DNA of 64,000 nt from assembly GCA_001949185.1 (NCBI GenBank), contig BDGG01000001.1, positions 5,011,624-5,075,623 of the forward strand. Reading direction: 5' to 3'. The position numbers and the translations under genes are program-made. Positions 13,281 to 25,229 of this stretch are shown one piece after another (the first letter of the stretch is position 1; each line of letters begins with the position of its first letter). This stretch comes from Ramazzottius varieornatus (Eukaryota > Animalia > Tardigrada). The notes beneath the pieces are model-generated. The model had not been told where the DNA came from, did no database searches, and saw only the letters and a list, made by a program, of their open reading frames with translations.

Positions 13281-16200
13281 ATGGAAGACCTGATGAAAGC
13301 CCGGCTATGCTACGGCAGGTGTTGGCACCTCCTTCTGCTCCTTCTACACTTAATAATTGACAGCCGAGCGGAATGTCCCTATTTTGCATCGTTGCGAGTC
13401 GAACGGAGTACTGGGAATCGCTGGCGTTTCCAGCAAAGTGATTTCACGTCAGACTCCATCAGCGACCGGTTCCCCAACATCTCCGACGACGAGATTATCC
13501 AGCTAGTCAACTCTGGTCGTGATCGGGCGGAGAACCTTTTCGGTGTGTCTTTGGGTGCACGATCTCTTTTACCGTTCAGCTCATCGGACGAGGTCTCCAA
13601 ACGGAATTTCAAACGGCCTCTCAACGTCACGGAATACCCTGTCATAGGCCGGAACGACTCTGCCTGGGGACTGGGAAAGTATGGATTCTTGCTGGAAAAG
13701 ACTGTTCCAATCAGTCAACGCGCCGTGGTCCTTTTAGACATCACCAAAGGACTGACCGAATCAAGGTAAGCGTTTTTAAGGAGCGTTAGTTCGCTTTTGA
13801 GATTTGCATCGATAATTCGTCCTTAAATTTCCAGGCACCTGAATCGAGGAACGCGTCAGTTCCTGGACGATATTACCGGCTTGTCGGTTCCGCAGTTTCG
13901 TACCATTTGTCCAGTTCCAAAAGAGTAAGTTGGCGAAAAAATAATCGATCTGTCAAATTCTTGCACCGCATCGTCGATATCAATTCTAATAAAATTAACC
14001 GCGCCTTTGACATGGTCGTAATGAACATTTCAATGGGATATTCTGACTATTTGTGCTACAGGAGACCTGCCGTCTCCTTGGACGACCCGTTCAACTCACC
14101 AAACCCTCCGGACTGTGTCCATAACAAATACCAAGGCATTAATGGGCACTGCAATAACGTTGCCTGGTTGAACCGTGGAAAAGACTCGACCATTTATCGA
14201 AGGCTGCTGGAGGCCAACTATGCAGATGGTGGAACTCGCACACTAGCCCACACTTTCGCTCTGTAGTGGTGTGTTTTGATTCTTGGTGAAACGGTGTTTG
14301 TTGCTTTAGGTGTAGCCGATGTTCGGGTCAGCGCTACCGGTCAGAAGCTGCCGAGCGCAAGGTCGGTCAGTTTGGAGGTGTTCGATAATCTGGAAGGTCC
14401 CGGAGTGGATCTCTCGGCACTCAATGCACACTTTGGACAATTTCTGGCTCATGATATGATCGTAAGCGCTGCTAGTGTTCTAGCCGCACTTCAATTCACT
14501 TGACTGTCTTGTGTTCTAAGAGTTCACCGTCGTCGAAGACCGCTGATGGCCAAATACCGAAATGCTGCGGTGACTCTGGAAAGGCCATCCATCCCGACTG
14601 TCTTCGTAAGCGCATTTTGTTTCTTGTTCTGTTTACCAGTTTGCTACTCTGTACAGGCAAGCAAGAAAGAAGACGATGATCTGTTTTCAGCTATTGAAAT
14701 TCCACCCAACGACCAAATTTCTAGACAGTAAGTTTCGCTTTCGGCGCACGCATGTCTGTCCGACTACACTACCTCAGCACCATCGACTGACGCTTTCGTA
14801 CCGCGTTTCATCGGAAACTCCAGCTCACATTGACGACTGTTCTACAGACATGGACGAACCTGCATGGAATTCGTTCGAACACTGCCTGGTGTCCGTCCCG
14901 GCTGCACACTCGGTCCCAGGGAACAAATTAATCAGAACACCCACTTCATCGACGCCAGTACAAGTAAGCAGGATTAGGATTTCGACCGCCTAGCGTATGT
15001 TCGGACCGAATCTTTTGATAGTTTACGGCAGCAACGACCAGGAAGCTTCCGCTGTCAGATCCTTTGAAGGAGGTAAGTGGATAAGATTAATGTTCTTCCA
15101 GACGGTTGTCTGGTGTGAAGGAACTGTGTTGACTTTTCAGGTCAGCTAAAAAACATTCGTCCCTTTCCCCAATCGCCGCACTTCTCCATACTAACTGGCG
15201 ACGCTTCAAGCTGCAGCGGTAACGGGCTGGTGTGTTTTAAGGGCGGAGACAAACGCACGAACGTTCAGGTAACTTTCAGAAAACCATTGAGTTTCAGACT
15301 AGCTTTGTACGTCAGTTTCTTCGTAGCCGGGTTTGACAATGATGCATACCATTTGGATGCGACAACACAACCGTCTAGCCTCCATCCTGTCTACCGTCAA
15401 CAGCCACTGGAACGACGAGACCCTTTTCCAGGAAGCCCGGCGCATCCTCATTGCTCAACTACAGCACATCGTCTACAGCGAGTTCCTGCCCAACTTCCTC
15501 GGGAAAGACATGATGAACTCCTTCGGCCTCACTCTTCTCCCTCGCGGTCTCTTCCACGGTTACAACATCTCCGCGAACCCCGCCGTCACTTCCGAGTTCG
15601 CCGTTGCGGGGTTCCGTCTTCACTCCACCATTCCACCGGTCCTCGCTCTACGCAACCCTGCGGACAACAGTCGAGTCGGAGTAAAGCCACTTCGGGAATC
15701 GTGGTTCCATCCATTCGATCTGTATAGTGCGTCCTACTTCTCCGAGTGTGCTGCTGGGATGATCGGAGCGGTGTACGACAAACAGGATCAGCACTACGCG
15801 GATGATGTCAGAAACCATCTGTTCCAAAGGTTCCCCGAAGTCATCGGACTGGACATGCCGGCGATCGATATCCAAAGAGGAAGGGACCATGGACTGCAAC
15901 CCTATGTAAAGTACCGGGCGCTGTGCCAGCTGCGAGTTCCAAAGAGCTTTCGGGACTTGAAGAAAATGAATATCATGCCGGCGGAAGTTGTGGATCGCCT
16001 TGCTACTGCTTATCGGTAAGTTTAAGGTTCACGCAAGAGACGAAAGATAGAAAATATGGACAGTAACTTTATGCATAGTATACGGTGTCACAACGCCAGT
16101 TTGACCTAATGTAGCGATGCACCTGTTTCTGAAAACTCCCACCATTGAACTTCCGGACCATACGAAATTTTGCTGCGTTCTATCGCATGCGTCGTTTTAG

Positions 16201-16757
16201 GTCCGTCGAAGATGTCGACTTGTATGTTGGTGGAACTGTGGAGAACCATGTAGCCGGAGGACGGGTAGGACCGACTTTCGGGTGTATCATCGGAGAACAA
16301 TTCTACCGTTCGCGAACTGGCGACCGCTTTTGGTACGAGAATGATTTACCTCTGATATCGGCGCTGCTGCAAGGTAATAATAACTCATTGCGGAAACTCC
16401 CGTAGCTTTTTGTAATCGTTTTGGGAGTCTCTGGAACTAAACTCCGATCAATAACGAGTCTTTCGTAGCTCAAGTCGACGAGATACGGAAAAGTTCCTTC
16501 GCCCAAGTCATGTGCAGCAATGTCGACGGACTGCAGAATATCCAGCCGAAGATACTTCTTGTTGCCGACAGGTAAAACTCAATAAGGGTGAATCCCTCGG
16601 CTTCTGTATGCCAGGAATCTGAACCTTTCCAGCAAGGGATAAAAAACTCGAGCGTCGTGAACGGCACTAACCCTGATTTTATTTCAGCGGAGACAACCAG
16701 CAGGTTCCCTGTAGCTCACTACCGGACATCGATTTCTCCATCTGGCGCGATGCCTGA
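13281..16757 (+). CDS. Secreted animal heme peroxidase (chorion peroxidase/peroxinectin-like)
   Basis: Signal peptide, '[10 protein letters not shown]', 'LPSARSVS', distal 'GQFLAHD', 'GDKRTN', '[12 protein letters not shown]', proximal 'FRLHS', '[10 protein letters not shown]', 'GDRFWYEN', C-terminal '[15 protein letters not shown]'. About 14 exons. Confidence 0.95.
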
Positions 16758-17130
16758 AAAGCTACATGTGCTCATTAGCAAGAACCATCACTGCCTGTTT
16801 GTTTCCTGCTATTGCTCTAGTTCAGTCGAAGTGGATTTCTTGGAAATAGACTGGGAGAGGTCTTTGTGCGAAAGCTTCGGTTTTGTGTCTATACACTCGT
16901 TATGGAAATCTCTACGGCCAGTCTGTTTCCCAGAAGGCAAAAGCATAATGCCAAGTTTTGACTACGGTAGATACGGTAGAGAAGCAGGACGCAAATTCAG
17001 GCGGAACCCGAACAGATTCACTCTATATATGGTTTGACCTTCGACAACCATGGGGCTCACTGTAAAAATTCGTACTGTAGAAAAACCGGAGTTGCTCTTT
17101 GATCGACGAAATGGTGATGAGCCTGTGTAT

Positions 17131-17820
17131 TGAAGGCTCGGCGAAGCTAAAATAAGCCGTTTTAGCCGTTCTTAGCCGTGGCTAAAAATATTTTCGCCGC
17201 GGCTAAAGCAGCTAAAATCAGTGTTATTTTACTATGCAATTAAAATCATTAAAAGTCACGTGCTAATGTTAAGTCTACGTGATCAGCTGACTGTAAGTAA
17301 AATCAATTATCGCTGACGAACTTCAATTATTAAAATTAAAATTCGATTTTTTCTGTTATGGATCAATCAATCAAGCAAACACCAACCCGCACAACTAAAA
17401 CGATTTTAATTATAAAAATCGATTTCCTATTATAATGATTAAAAAAACACTGGCCAAAATACTGTAAATATTCGCTGCGTCCACGCAGTACGTACACCTA
17501 GTGACGATGCACTCCCGTAGGGGCGCAGTCTGTGAAACCGGTCCGGGGCTGTACTTCACTTGTACGACGTCGTACTGTGCGGACGCAGCGAATATTCACA
17601 GTTTGTTTTAGCCACGGCTAGAATTTATTGTGCGTTCGATTTATTGATGCCAAAACTATTTTATCCGACTCAACGTCAATAAATCAATCGAACGCACAAT
17701 GCGTTTTAGCCGTGGCTAAAAGTATTTCAGCTGCTTTAGCCGCGGCTAAAAGTATTTCAGCTGCTTTAGCCGCGGCTAGGAACGGCTAAAGCGGCTCATT
17801 CTAGCTTTGCCGAGCCTTCT
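17131..17820. mobile_element. TIR element (MITE) with TTTAGCCGCGGCTAAA subrepeats
   Basis: TIRs longer than 50 bp (gaaggctcggc(g/a)aagcta...). Flanked by the 14-bp direct repeat atgagcctgtgtat / ataagcctgtgcat. Confidence 0.8.
17460..17603. mobile_element. Small CACTG-type MITE nested in the 17131-17820 element
   Basis: TIR actgtaaatattcgctgcgtcc... / ...ggacgcagcgaatattcacagt. Homologous to the copy at 17888. Confidence 0.75.
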
Positions 17821-17887
17821 ATAAGCCTGTGCATGCCGTTGCAGGTAATGGTGATGTGCCACTTGTCCTTGCTTACTCAAACTCACG

Positions 17888-18035
17888 CACTGTAAAAATT
17901 CGTTGCGTCCGCGCAGTACGTAGAAGTGCGTGACGATGCAACCCCGCAGGGGTTAAGCAGGCAGTAAAGCCGGACCGTGGCTGTACTTCACGTGTACGGC
18001 GAAGTGTTACGCGGACGCAGCGAATTTTTACAGTA
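17888..18035. mobile_element. Second copy of the small CACTG-type MITE
   Basis: TIR cactgtaaaaattcgttgcgtccgcg / cgcggacgcagcgaatttttacagta. Internal sequence similar to 17460-17603. Confidence 0.75.
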
Positions 18036-18147
18036 CTTTATATGGTACAGTAACGTTACAGATATCTCTCACATCTGCCTGAAGGGACAAGCCCCCTCAA
18101 AATTCTCATCCTCCCACGTTCTCTTAGAAAGGGTGGTTTCTCTGGTG

Positions 18148-18864
18148 ATGTCACAACCGGTGTTTCAAAGTCGTGAGCCTGGTCCTAAGGTCGGCGGAAT
18201 CATGTCTGTCATACTTTGGCTTCTCACAGAATCTGAATATCTCCCGGACTGATAAATCGCAGAGGACCATGAAGCACACCGCCTACGACTGCGGCTGCAG
18301 TTTAGCGCCGGAAAAGCTTTACGAAAATAAATTTTACCGTTTAGCGGATCGTGATAGAAAGTCCAAATGGATGTACGTCAAGCCGCCCTACTGGAATCCT
18401 CCAACCATCTACCAACGGTCGTATATGCCCGTCAAGACGGAAGCCGAACGAGCTGGACCTCCACGCAACACTTGGAGAAGACCGACAGAAATGCTGGACG
18501 GAATCTCAACATATACTCACGACTATTCACTCCGGGTGAGCTATCAGTGTAACTAGTCCAAGTCACAGGAAGTCATGCACGTACTTTTTTACAGAGATTC
18601 ATAAGGCCGAAATGGATTCGAAAGCAGCATCCGATTGATGAAACGCCTCCACCGCGCAACTCCGAGTACCACGACCGGTACAGGTTGTACACGAAGAAGG
18701 AGTTTGACAAAGTAACCCATCGGCCGGATGTACCAATTAAAATCAACTCGAAGAGACCTGCAGGATTCGTCCGAACGGTGGTCAAGCCACCATCTTTCTC
18801 GTCTACCAGCTACAGCGTGGCATTCCGACCACCGCCACCACCGCCACCAAAACCGTTGTTCTAG
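18148..18864 (+). CDS. Small SAXO-like (Mn-motif) axonemal microtubule inner protein
   Basis: Intron 18537-18594 joins two Pro-rich exons carrying four [ST]-x-Y-x-x-x-[YF] motifs (TIYQRSY, STYTHDY, SEYHDRY, TSYSVAF) spaced 34, 32 and 48 aa apart. The start is uncertain (18148 or 18269). Confidence 0.65.
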
Positions 18865-19146
18865 CTTTTGCCATCAATCCCATCAATAATGGTCTTCCGT
18901 TCAAGCCGCCTGGATATACTGAGTTTTTTCTAAAATCTGTATTCCGCTTTACCTCAAATTTTTGCTGTGAAAGCACAGATGAGACAATATCATAGAAAAC
19001 GAAATAAAAATCAAAGTGGAGTTCAAAAAGTTCTGCAAAGACTGAAATAGACAGAACGGAAGGCGGGAACGAAGCCTGAGAAGAGATCTTCTCCTAGCTT
19101 ACAGTAAGTAGCTTTTTCGGGAGAGAAGGAAAGAGGGGACTTAAAT

Positions 19147-22100
19147 CTAGTCGTCAAATACATTTTCAGAAACAAAATGGCTATGCGAGGCCACATCACG
19201 ATTTTTGACGTCAATCTTACTTTCGTGTTTCTTGTCGGGCTTCTTGTTGCTGTCGTCACTGTTCTTCTTACCGTCCTCATCGTCGTCTTCGGGGTTGAAG
19301 CTGATGTCTGGAAGAGCTTTGGGGAAGAGTTCGGCTTTATTTTTCTGCTCCTCGCGGGCTTCCGCCAGACCGGGGGCGCCCTCTTTCCAGATACTGTGGA
19401 CGCGTTTACGGCTACAGTTGCACAGAGTGGTAACGCTTCCTTTACATGAGCCATCGCGTAGATCGAACTCTAGGTACTAACCTTTCTGCTGGTTTGGGTG
19501 GTTGAGATGGTCGCTCAATGTCACCAGGAAGCATTGTGGTCGTTGACAGACTTCGTGGATCTACCCTCCTTCCCACCGTGATGTTGCGGACAGCCCGGAA
19601 TTCCTCGCAGTTATTGAGATGCTCATTTTCCAAACGGAAAAAGTTCCACACAAAGCGTCTGACCAAACATCAAAAAAATTAATGTTTTCAGACCATTCAA
19701 AAGGGCCAATGTCCGAGACAGGGTTGTGTGGCGACATCGGACTGTAACAAGTGCCGGCGCGGCATCATACAGCGAAATAAGGCAGAAAAGCCCTGTTAGT
19801 CATTTGCACGTTCCACATCGGACTTGACAGCATCTTTCATTTAACGTCTAGTTCGACGCGGAACAGCTCGAAAATTTCTTTTTTTTACGTCATAGTACTG
19901 TGGGTAAAAAACCTGTATGGGGTGTTGTACCTGAAAAGTTCGCAGACAGCGACGACCGTTTTCGAAATCTCATCACTCAGGATATGCATCTGTTCTGGAG
20001 AGATCAGTGTTGTCCGCAGAAACCGTAGTACGACATTCTGCGCAATGGCGAAGTAGTAGTACCACACCGACGAGTACGTTAGCGAACCCTTCCGCAAGCG
20101 GATGTCCCTACAGTGTTTGTCAATAAAGCCCCAGTCCATACGGAGGTCCCACCACAGGGAGTACAGAGCGTTGATGATCATGCACGTTATCCACAAGGCG
20201 AACGGAGCCGGCTTTTTATTAAAGACCGAAAACCCCACCACAAAGAAGGTGGTGCTGTATTTTCCGGCGTTGACCAAATGCGGATATGGTAGACCGGAAT
20301 CGCGATAACGTCGCAAGCACTGAGCGAACCGAAACCACGCTGGCAGAATACTGAGGATAGGACGGGTAAAGTTGTCGTTGGTCGCGCACATTCCCCAGTT
20401 TGCTTAAAAAAAGCAACGATGCTATTCGGAGAGTGATATGTAATTTTACTTTGAGACCTGGAAAGAATGGACGGAGGTTCATTACCTACTTTGCAGGCCG
20501 CCAGTAACCCAGGGGACCTCAAAGGAGTAGTAGCAAATGACGTAACCCAGGTCTAGAAGGGCGGTACTCAGGCTCATCAGCTGGTCGGCAAGCCAAAAGT
20601 CCGGAAAGCCAACGGGATAGAACGGCGCGCAAATGATTCGACCCTAAAACGACCATAATACCTACCACCTCACCTTCGCGCCGAACAACCTATACCGACA
20701 TGTGCATAATTGAGTTACTTGAGGACAAGGTGGGGGACGTACCAAGGTTTTTAGGACCCACTTTCGAGCGGGGTAGAAAAGGACCGGAAACGGATTGATG
20801 AAGAAGAGTAGCATAGTACAGCACATGGTGATCGGCACCCAGTAAGACGCCACGCTCTTATTTTCCACCGCGAGATCGGATACTTGGAAGTACAGTAACA
20901 AGCTGATGGCCCAAATGACTCCCATACACGCCGCCAACTGTAACTCAAAATCTTCGATGAACCAGGAATAAACCAGGAAGTCGTATACGCACCTGCATCA
21001 TCTCGTGTTGTGAGAGATGGTTTCGCGGATCGATTTCGAAGATCAAGACATGGTTGACTCCCGCCGCCCTCCACCCATTAACGTTGAGCGCCACCAGAAA
21101 GACCATGCAGATGACCAAGAACGGCCCTCGGTACAACCGAACAGGCACATTCCAGTCCATGTGGTTGATGTAGCAGACATCGTTGGTACCAGAGGGCAAG
21201 CTGTCCTTCCAGAAATGGCAAGGCGCCATGATCGTCGGGTCGAAGGAGGTGGTGTTGGCGAATTTGATGTTATAGCCGGGTGTCACGTTAGTCCCGGCTG
21301 GAGCAAGGTAGACTTCGAGCGGGGGGCCAGCCAGTGCAGCGCGATTGATGACGAAACAGATGAGAACGACGAAACAGCCCAAGAAAAACCCGAGCAAGAA
21401 GAAGGTCGAATGGGTGGCTTGTTCGTTGAGGGGTGGTACGCGGAGACGCTGCATGGCTTTCCCGCGATCTCCACCCTCCAGTTCGTATGTGACCATATTC
21501 TATGCCAACGAATAACCGTAGAAAGAAGCCATAGATTCCAGACATCAAAAGTCAAGGTTTGCAGCACCACTTCAGAAATATTCAGTAGACAGTCACAAGA
21601 CTGAGAAATTGAAAAGATTTATGTTGAACATTGTCTTGTCTTCTGATCATGTTGTTCGTTGAATTACCGAATACGCACCTCGGTTTCCGATATGAGGACG
21701 TCGATTTCGGTATTGGTGTAAAAAGGAGCAGTTTCGATCTTTTCTATCCGCCATTTGTTCCCTCGCTTTGTACCTAGGAGCTGAAATTAAGAGCGTCGTG
21801 TCAAGCTGTACTGGCCAGTCTTCTACAATATATTCTTCGGACATGTAAGAAGAAGAATTCTTCTCTATGTCACAGACTCAGGATACAGGTCCAAATAAAT
21901 GGCGTACCTGCCTTGTCATGTTTCTTTAGGATTTTTCGGAATCCGGTAAAGTTCAAGTTCCGAAAGTTTTGCAAGAAGATGAGACTGAGGTAGAATTCCG
22001 AGAATGCTAGCTTGAGATCATGGAGACGATGATATCGACGTTTCTTCTTGCGAGCTTCCTTGTCGACCATATCAGCGAACCAGGGAATCTTGCTGACATA

Positions 22101-22664
22101 GTGGTCCTTGGGGGCGGAAGCGTCCTTATGAGCCAGGTAAGCTTTTAGTTCCCCTTTCAAACCCGCAAACTTTCGCTGTGCCTCTGCTAACTTCTCTGTT
22201 AAACGACAACATCGAATATCCAGAAAAAGTAATACTAGAGACCGCAAAAGAAAGGGCACGATTCGTACCAATGAAGAACGTGTTGACGCGTTGCAGTTCG
22301 CCTTCGCAGTAATGGAAAAAGCTTTCGTCAAAGTTCGCAAAATACTTGGCCAGAGCTTCTGCGCCATCTGGTTGCCGATCCTGCCGCAAGGTCCCTGCAG
22401 AAGAGAGGGTGTCCGGAAAGCAGTTTCCCATTGGCGCACTTCGTGCGAATCTACTCTGTTCTTACCAATGTCTTTCGGAGCGTGACTGATGACCTTGGTC
22501 AACATCTCCTTCATATCCTAGAGGTCGCGGTGTTATTAAACCGGAATACAAAATATTTGTTGGGCAGTAAATCTAATCAGAAAGACAGGGCTTACGTCGT
22601 AATTGATGTATTGTGTTCTCCATTCTGGTGTTACGTGCGATATCAAATGTTCACCAAACTTCAT
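19147..22664 (-). CDS. XPR1: XPR1 phosphate exporter (SPX + EXS domains)
   Basis: 'MKFGEHL...[11 protein letters not shown]', '[12 protein letters not shown]...[15 protein letters not shown]', '[10 protein letters not shown]', '[13 protein letters not shown]', 'WLADQL', 'NAGKYS', '[18 protein letters not shown]'. The last exon encodes an acidic tail ending ...NVFDD*. Confidence 0.96.
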
Positions 22665-24213
22665 TGTGACAAGAACCCGTCATCATGTGCAGCAGGTCAT
22701 GTAAAGGAAGAATATCAATTATAATTCGTGACCATCAGCGTTCAGTTGCGTCGAAACTCCAGCTCCACCGGCGCACACAAACTCAGCAAGACAGAGGGCT
22801 CCGCCAAGGTCCAGTCCAGTTACTGACCACGCAGTCTTCTATAGGCAATTTCCGGGCACCTCAATACTGGACTCAAAAATGAGTGATCATCGTATGATAT
22901 CCTTTCGGTCAAGGAGAGAAAACGCTTTGGGTTCAAGCTACTGTACTTCTTCAACCGACAGCTGTAGATAACGTCACACTATGTGCTCCAGATGCCAGCG
23001 AGCATTGTTACTACGAGACGGCGGATATCGAAATGAAGCAGTTCCTGTTCGCGAACGAGGTGTATTCTTTCCCTCGTCTTCGATCTTCTTATACCGAGCT
23101 TCCACTATCTAGTGCCAGATCCTGTTCGTAAATGGCAAACTGGTTATGGACAATGGCGAAAGCGGGAGGATCGTTGAATCGTTCGACGATCGCCCACCAG
23201 ATGACGCTACATACAGCTAATTTGGCTTCAGTTTTGTTCCGCGCGACTGTAGACCAGATTAAGGCGAGCAGTGCCCTGTCTAACGTTAGTCATCCGTTTG
23301 GGCGCGAAATGAGGCTCATACATATTTGATGAGAGGCTTTTAGCGCCGAGAAATGAACACGGTTTCGAGTGTTGTTGAACGTACAATTATCGTGAGTAAA
23401 AGAGGGGCGCAGCTCGCGTTGCATTTGTAGTTTATCAAGTCTGGGCGAGGCGCGCTCCTTTTATCGATCGCAATGCCGGCATATTCGGCGCGTCTATCCG
23501 GAGACTGATAGCCAAGTTCCATAATGCATGTCGCCGATACGCCATATGCGCGCGGACCTTGACGCACTCAACTCAGCAATGCATGTTCCTACGCTCTGTG
23601 GACATTATGCGTTACATCCAGCATCACATTTTATGACAAATTACGCCCTTTGCTCCATCATAAATCAGCTGCACTGATTCTCTCACACAATACCGCCATA
23701 CAGAATATTTTCGGTATAGAAGAGACGATAAGCGACAGCTGCTGGTAATGTCTGTACTGGGTGTATACCTTGAGAAAACTCGACTGTTCAAGCACATACA
23801 GCGTACCGTACTAGACAAAACATGACGGCCAAAAACACGAAAGCGTAGATAGACAAAACATGGCTCTTCCACCTTCCATCTCAAACTGTGCTTACATGCC
23901 AAGGCCGAAACCGGTTTGCATTCCTCCCCGAAGCATACTTTACCGACTTGAACTTCCGAAGACAATTGACGCAGTCTCGGTGGAGGCCATCTTTGTACAA
24001 CTATCTCACGTCCGCAAAGCACAAGGTCAATGTAGCGACGAGTACACAGCTGTTTTCACTAGCCAACCATCGCAAGCCGCCATTTTTGTTTGTCGGTGGT
24101 ACTTTGCTGTAACCTACCACAACCAGACGGAACTTTCCACGGCGCGCTTCATAGTGGGCCGGCATTACCAGCTGTAGCCATGAGTCGCTTGAAAGACTTT
24201 TCGCAGCTCTAAC

Positions 24214-24245
24214 CAAGACCGACTAGATGAATCTAGTTGGTCTTG
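24214..24245. mobile_element. 32-bp hairpin insertion with 7-bp target duplication
   Basis: caagaccgactagat-ga-atctagttggtcttg, flanked on both sides by ctctaac. Confidence 0.6.
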
Positions 24246-25229
24246 CTCTAACAAGTCGTCTAGTCTAAAGCTGCTTACGTCTGTACCGTTCTGGGCACGT
24301 CTGGTTTCTGTCGATCGTACGAGAGACACTATCAGCCAAAGTAGTTAGCGAGTCTGGCCTCCATCCACCGGACTCTAGCACCGACATCTCTCTCTCTCTC
24401 TATCTCTACAGTCTACACTACCGCTCGCAAATCTAGGCTATTCAGCTGTTTCCTTCCTGCTCACCGACCTAAGCTACATCTCTCGGCTCCGACGGACAGA
24501 TTTGAACTGGCTGTGGTAGTAGCCCAGCACAGCAGACAAACGGCAACTGTCTAGCCTCCTCGACGATCATCATCGGCAGGCACAAATTTACACACGTTAG
24601 TTAGAGTGTCTCATACGCGAAATCGACATAGACAATCTGCCGCGCGATGTCGTGTGCAACTACGTACTAACAGATTTATAACTTGTACTTACACTGCACA
24701 TAAGGTCGAGACTTCGACATACGGAGCGCGCTAGACGATGTCTACACATGACATAGCCTATAAGCAAGTTTTCTTCGATCCTGTACTTATTTTCTATGGA
24801 AGTCCATGTTGAGGATCGAGTTATAAGCAGCTGACTGACAGACTCACTGACTGACTAACCATTCTAGCTCAATCGGCGCGCTAAACCTAAGTATATATAC
24901 GCTCTACTAGCACCGACTGCGCTGGTCATTCTTAAATTCCTACAGCTGATGAAATCTATATTTCTATATGTGCGTCTGACACACTATAGTGTGAGCCCCA
25001 AATCTCGAGCAGACTTTGGACTGTACCTATCGACTTTCACGTAGAGGTGAAAAGTTGCGTCAATACTACACCCACCGATACGTTTCTCGGAAGGAAGAAG
25101 GTGTTCTACACCAACTACACGAATACACACCGTGAGTAACTTGAACAAGGAAGTAACTCTTCTGTGTACTGATCTATATGATCTTCTACTGTCTTCCCAC
25201 AGGACGCAATCACGGCGAAAAAGTTGTTA

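Noticed and set aside
19023-19454. 143-aa minus-strand ORF as a separate gene
   Set aside because: It is an alternative frame overlapping the spliced last exon of XPR1.
21017-21604. 195-aa plus-strand ORF
   Set aside because: It is the antisense shadow of XPR1 coding exons.
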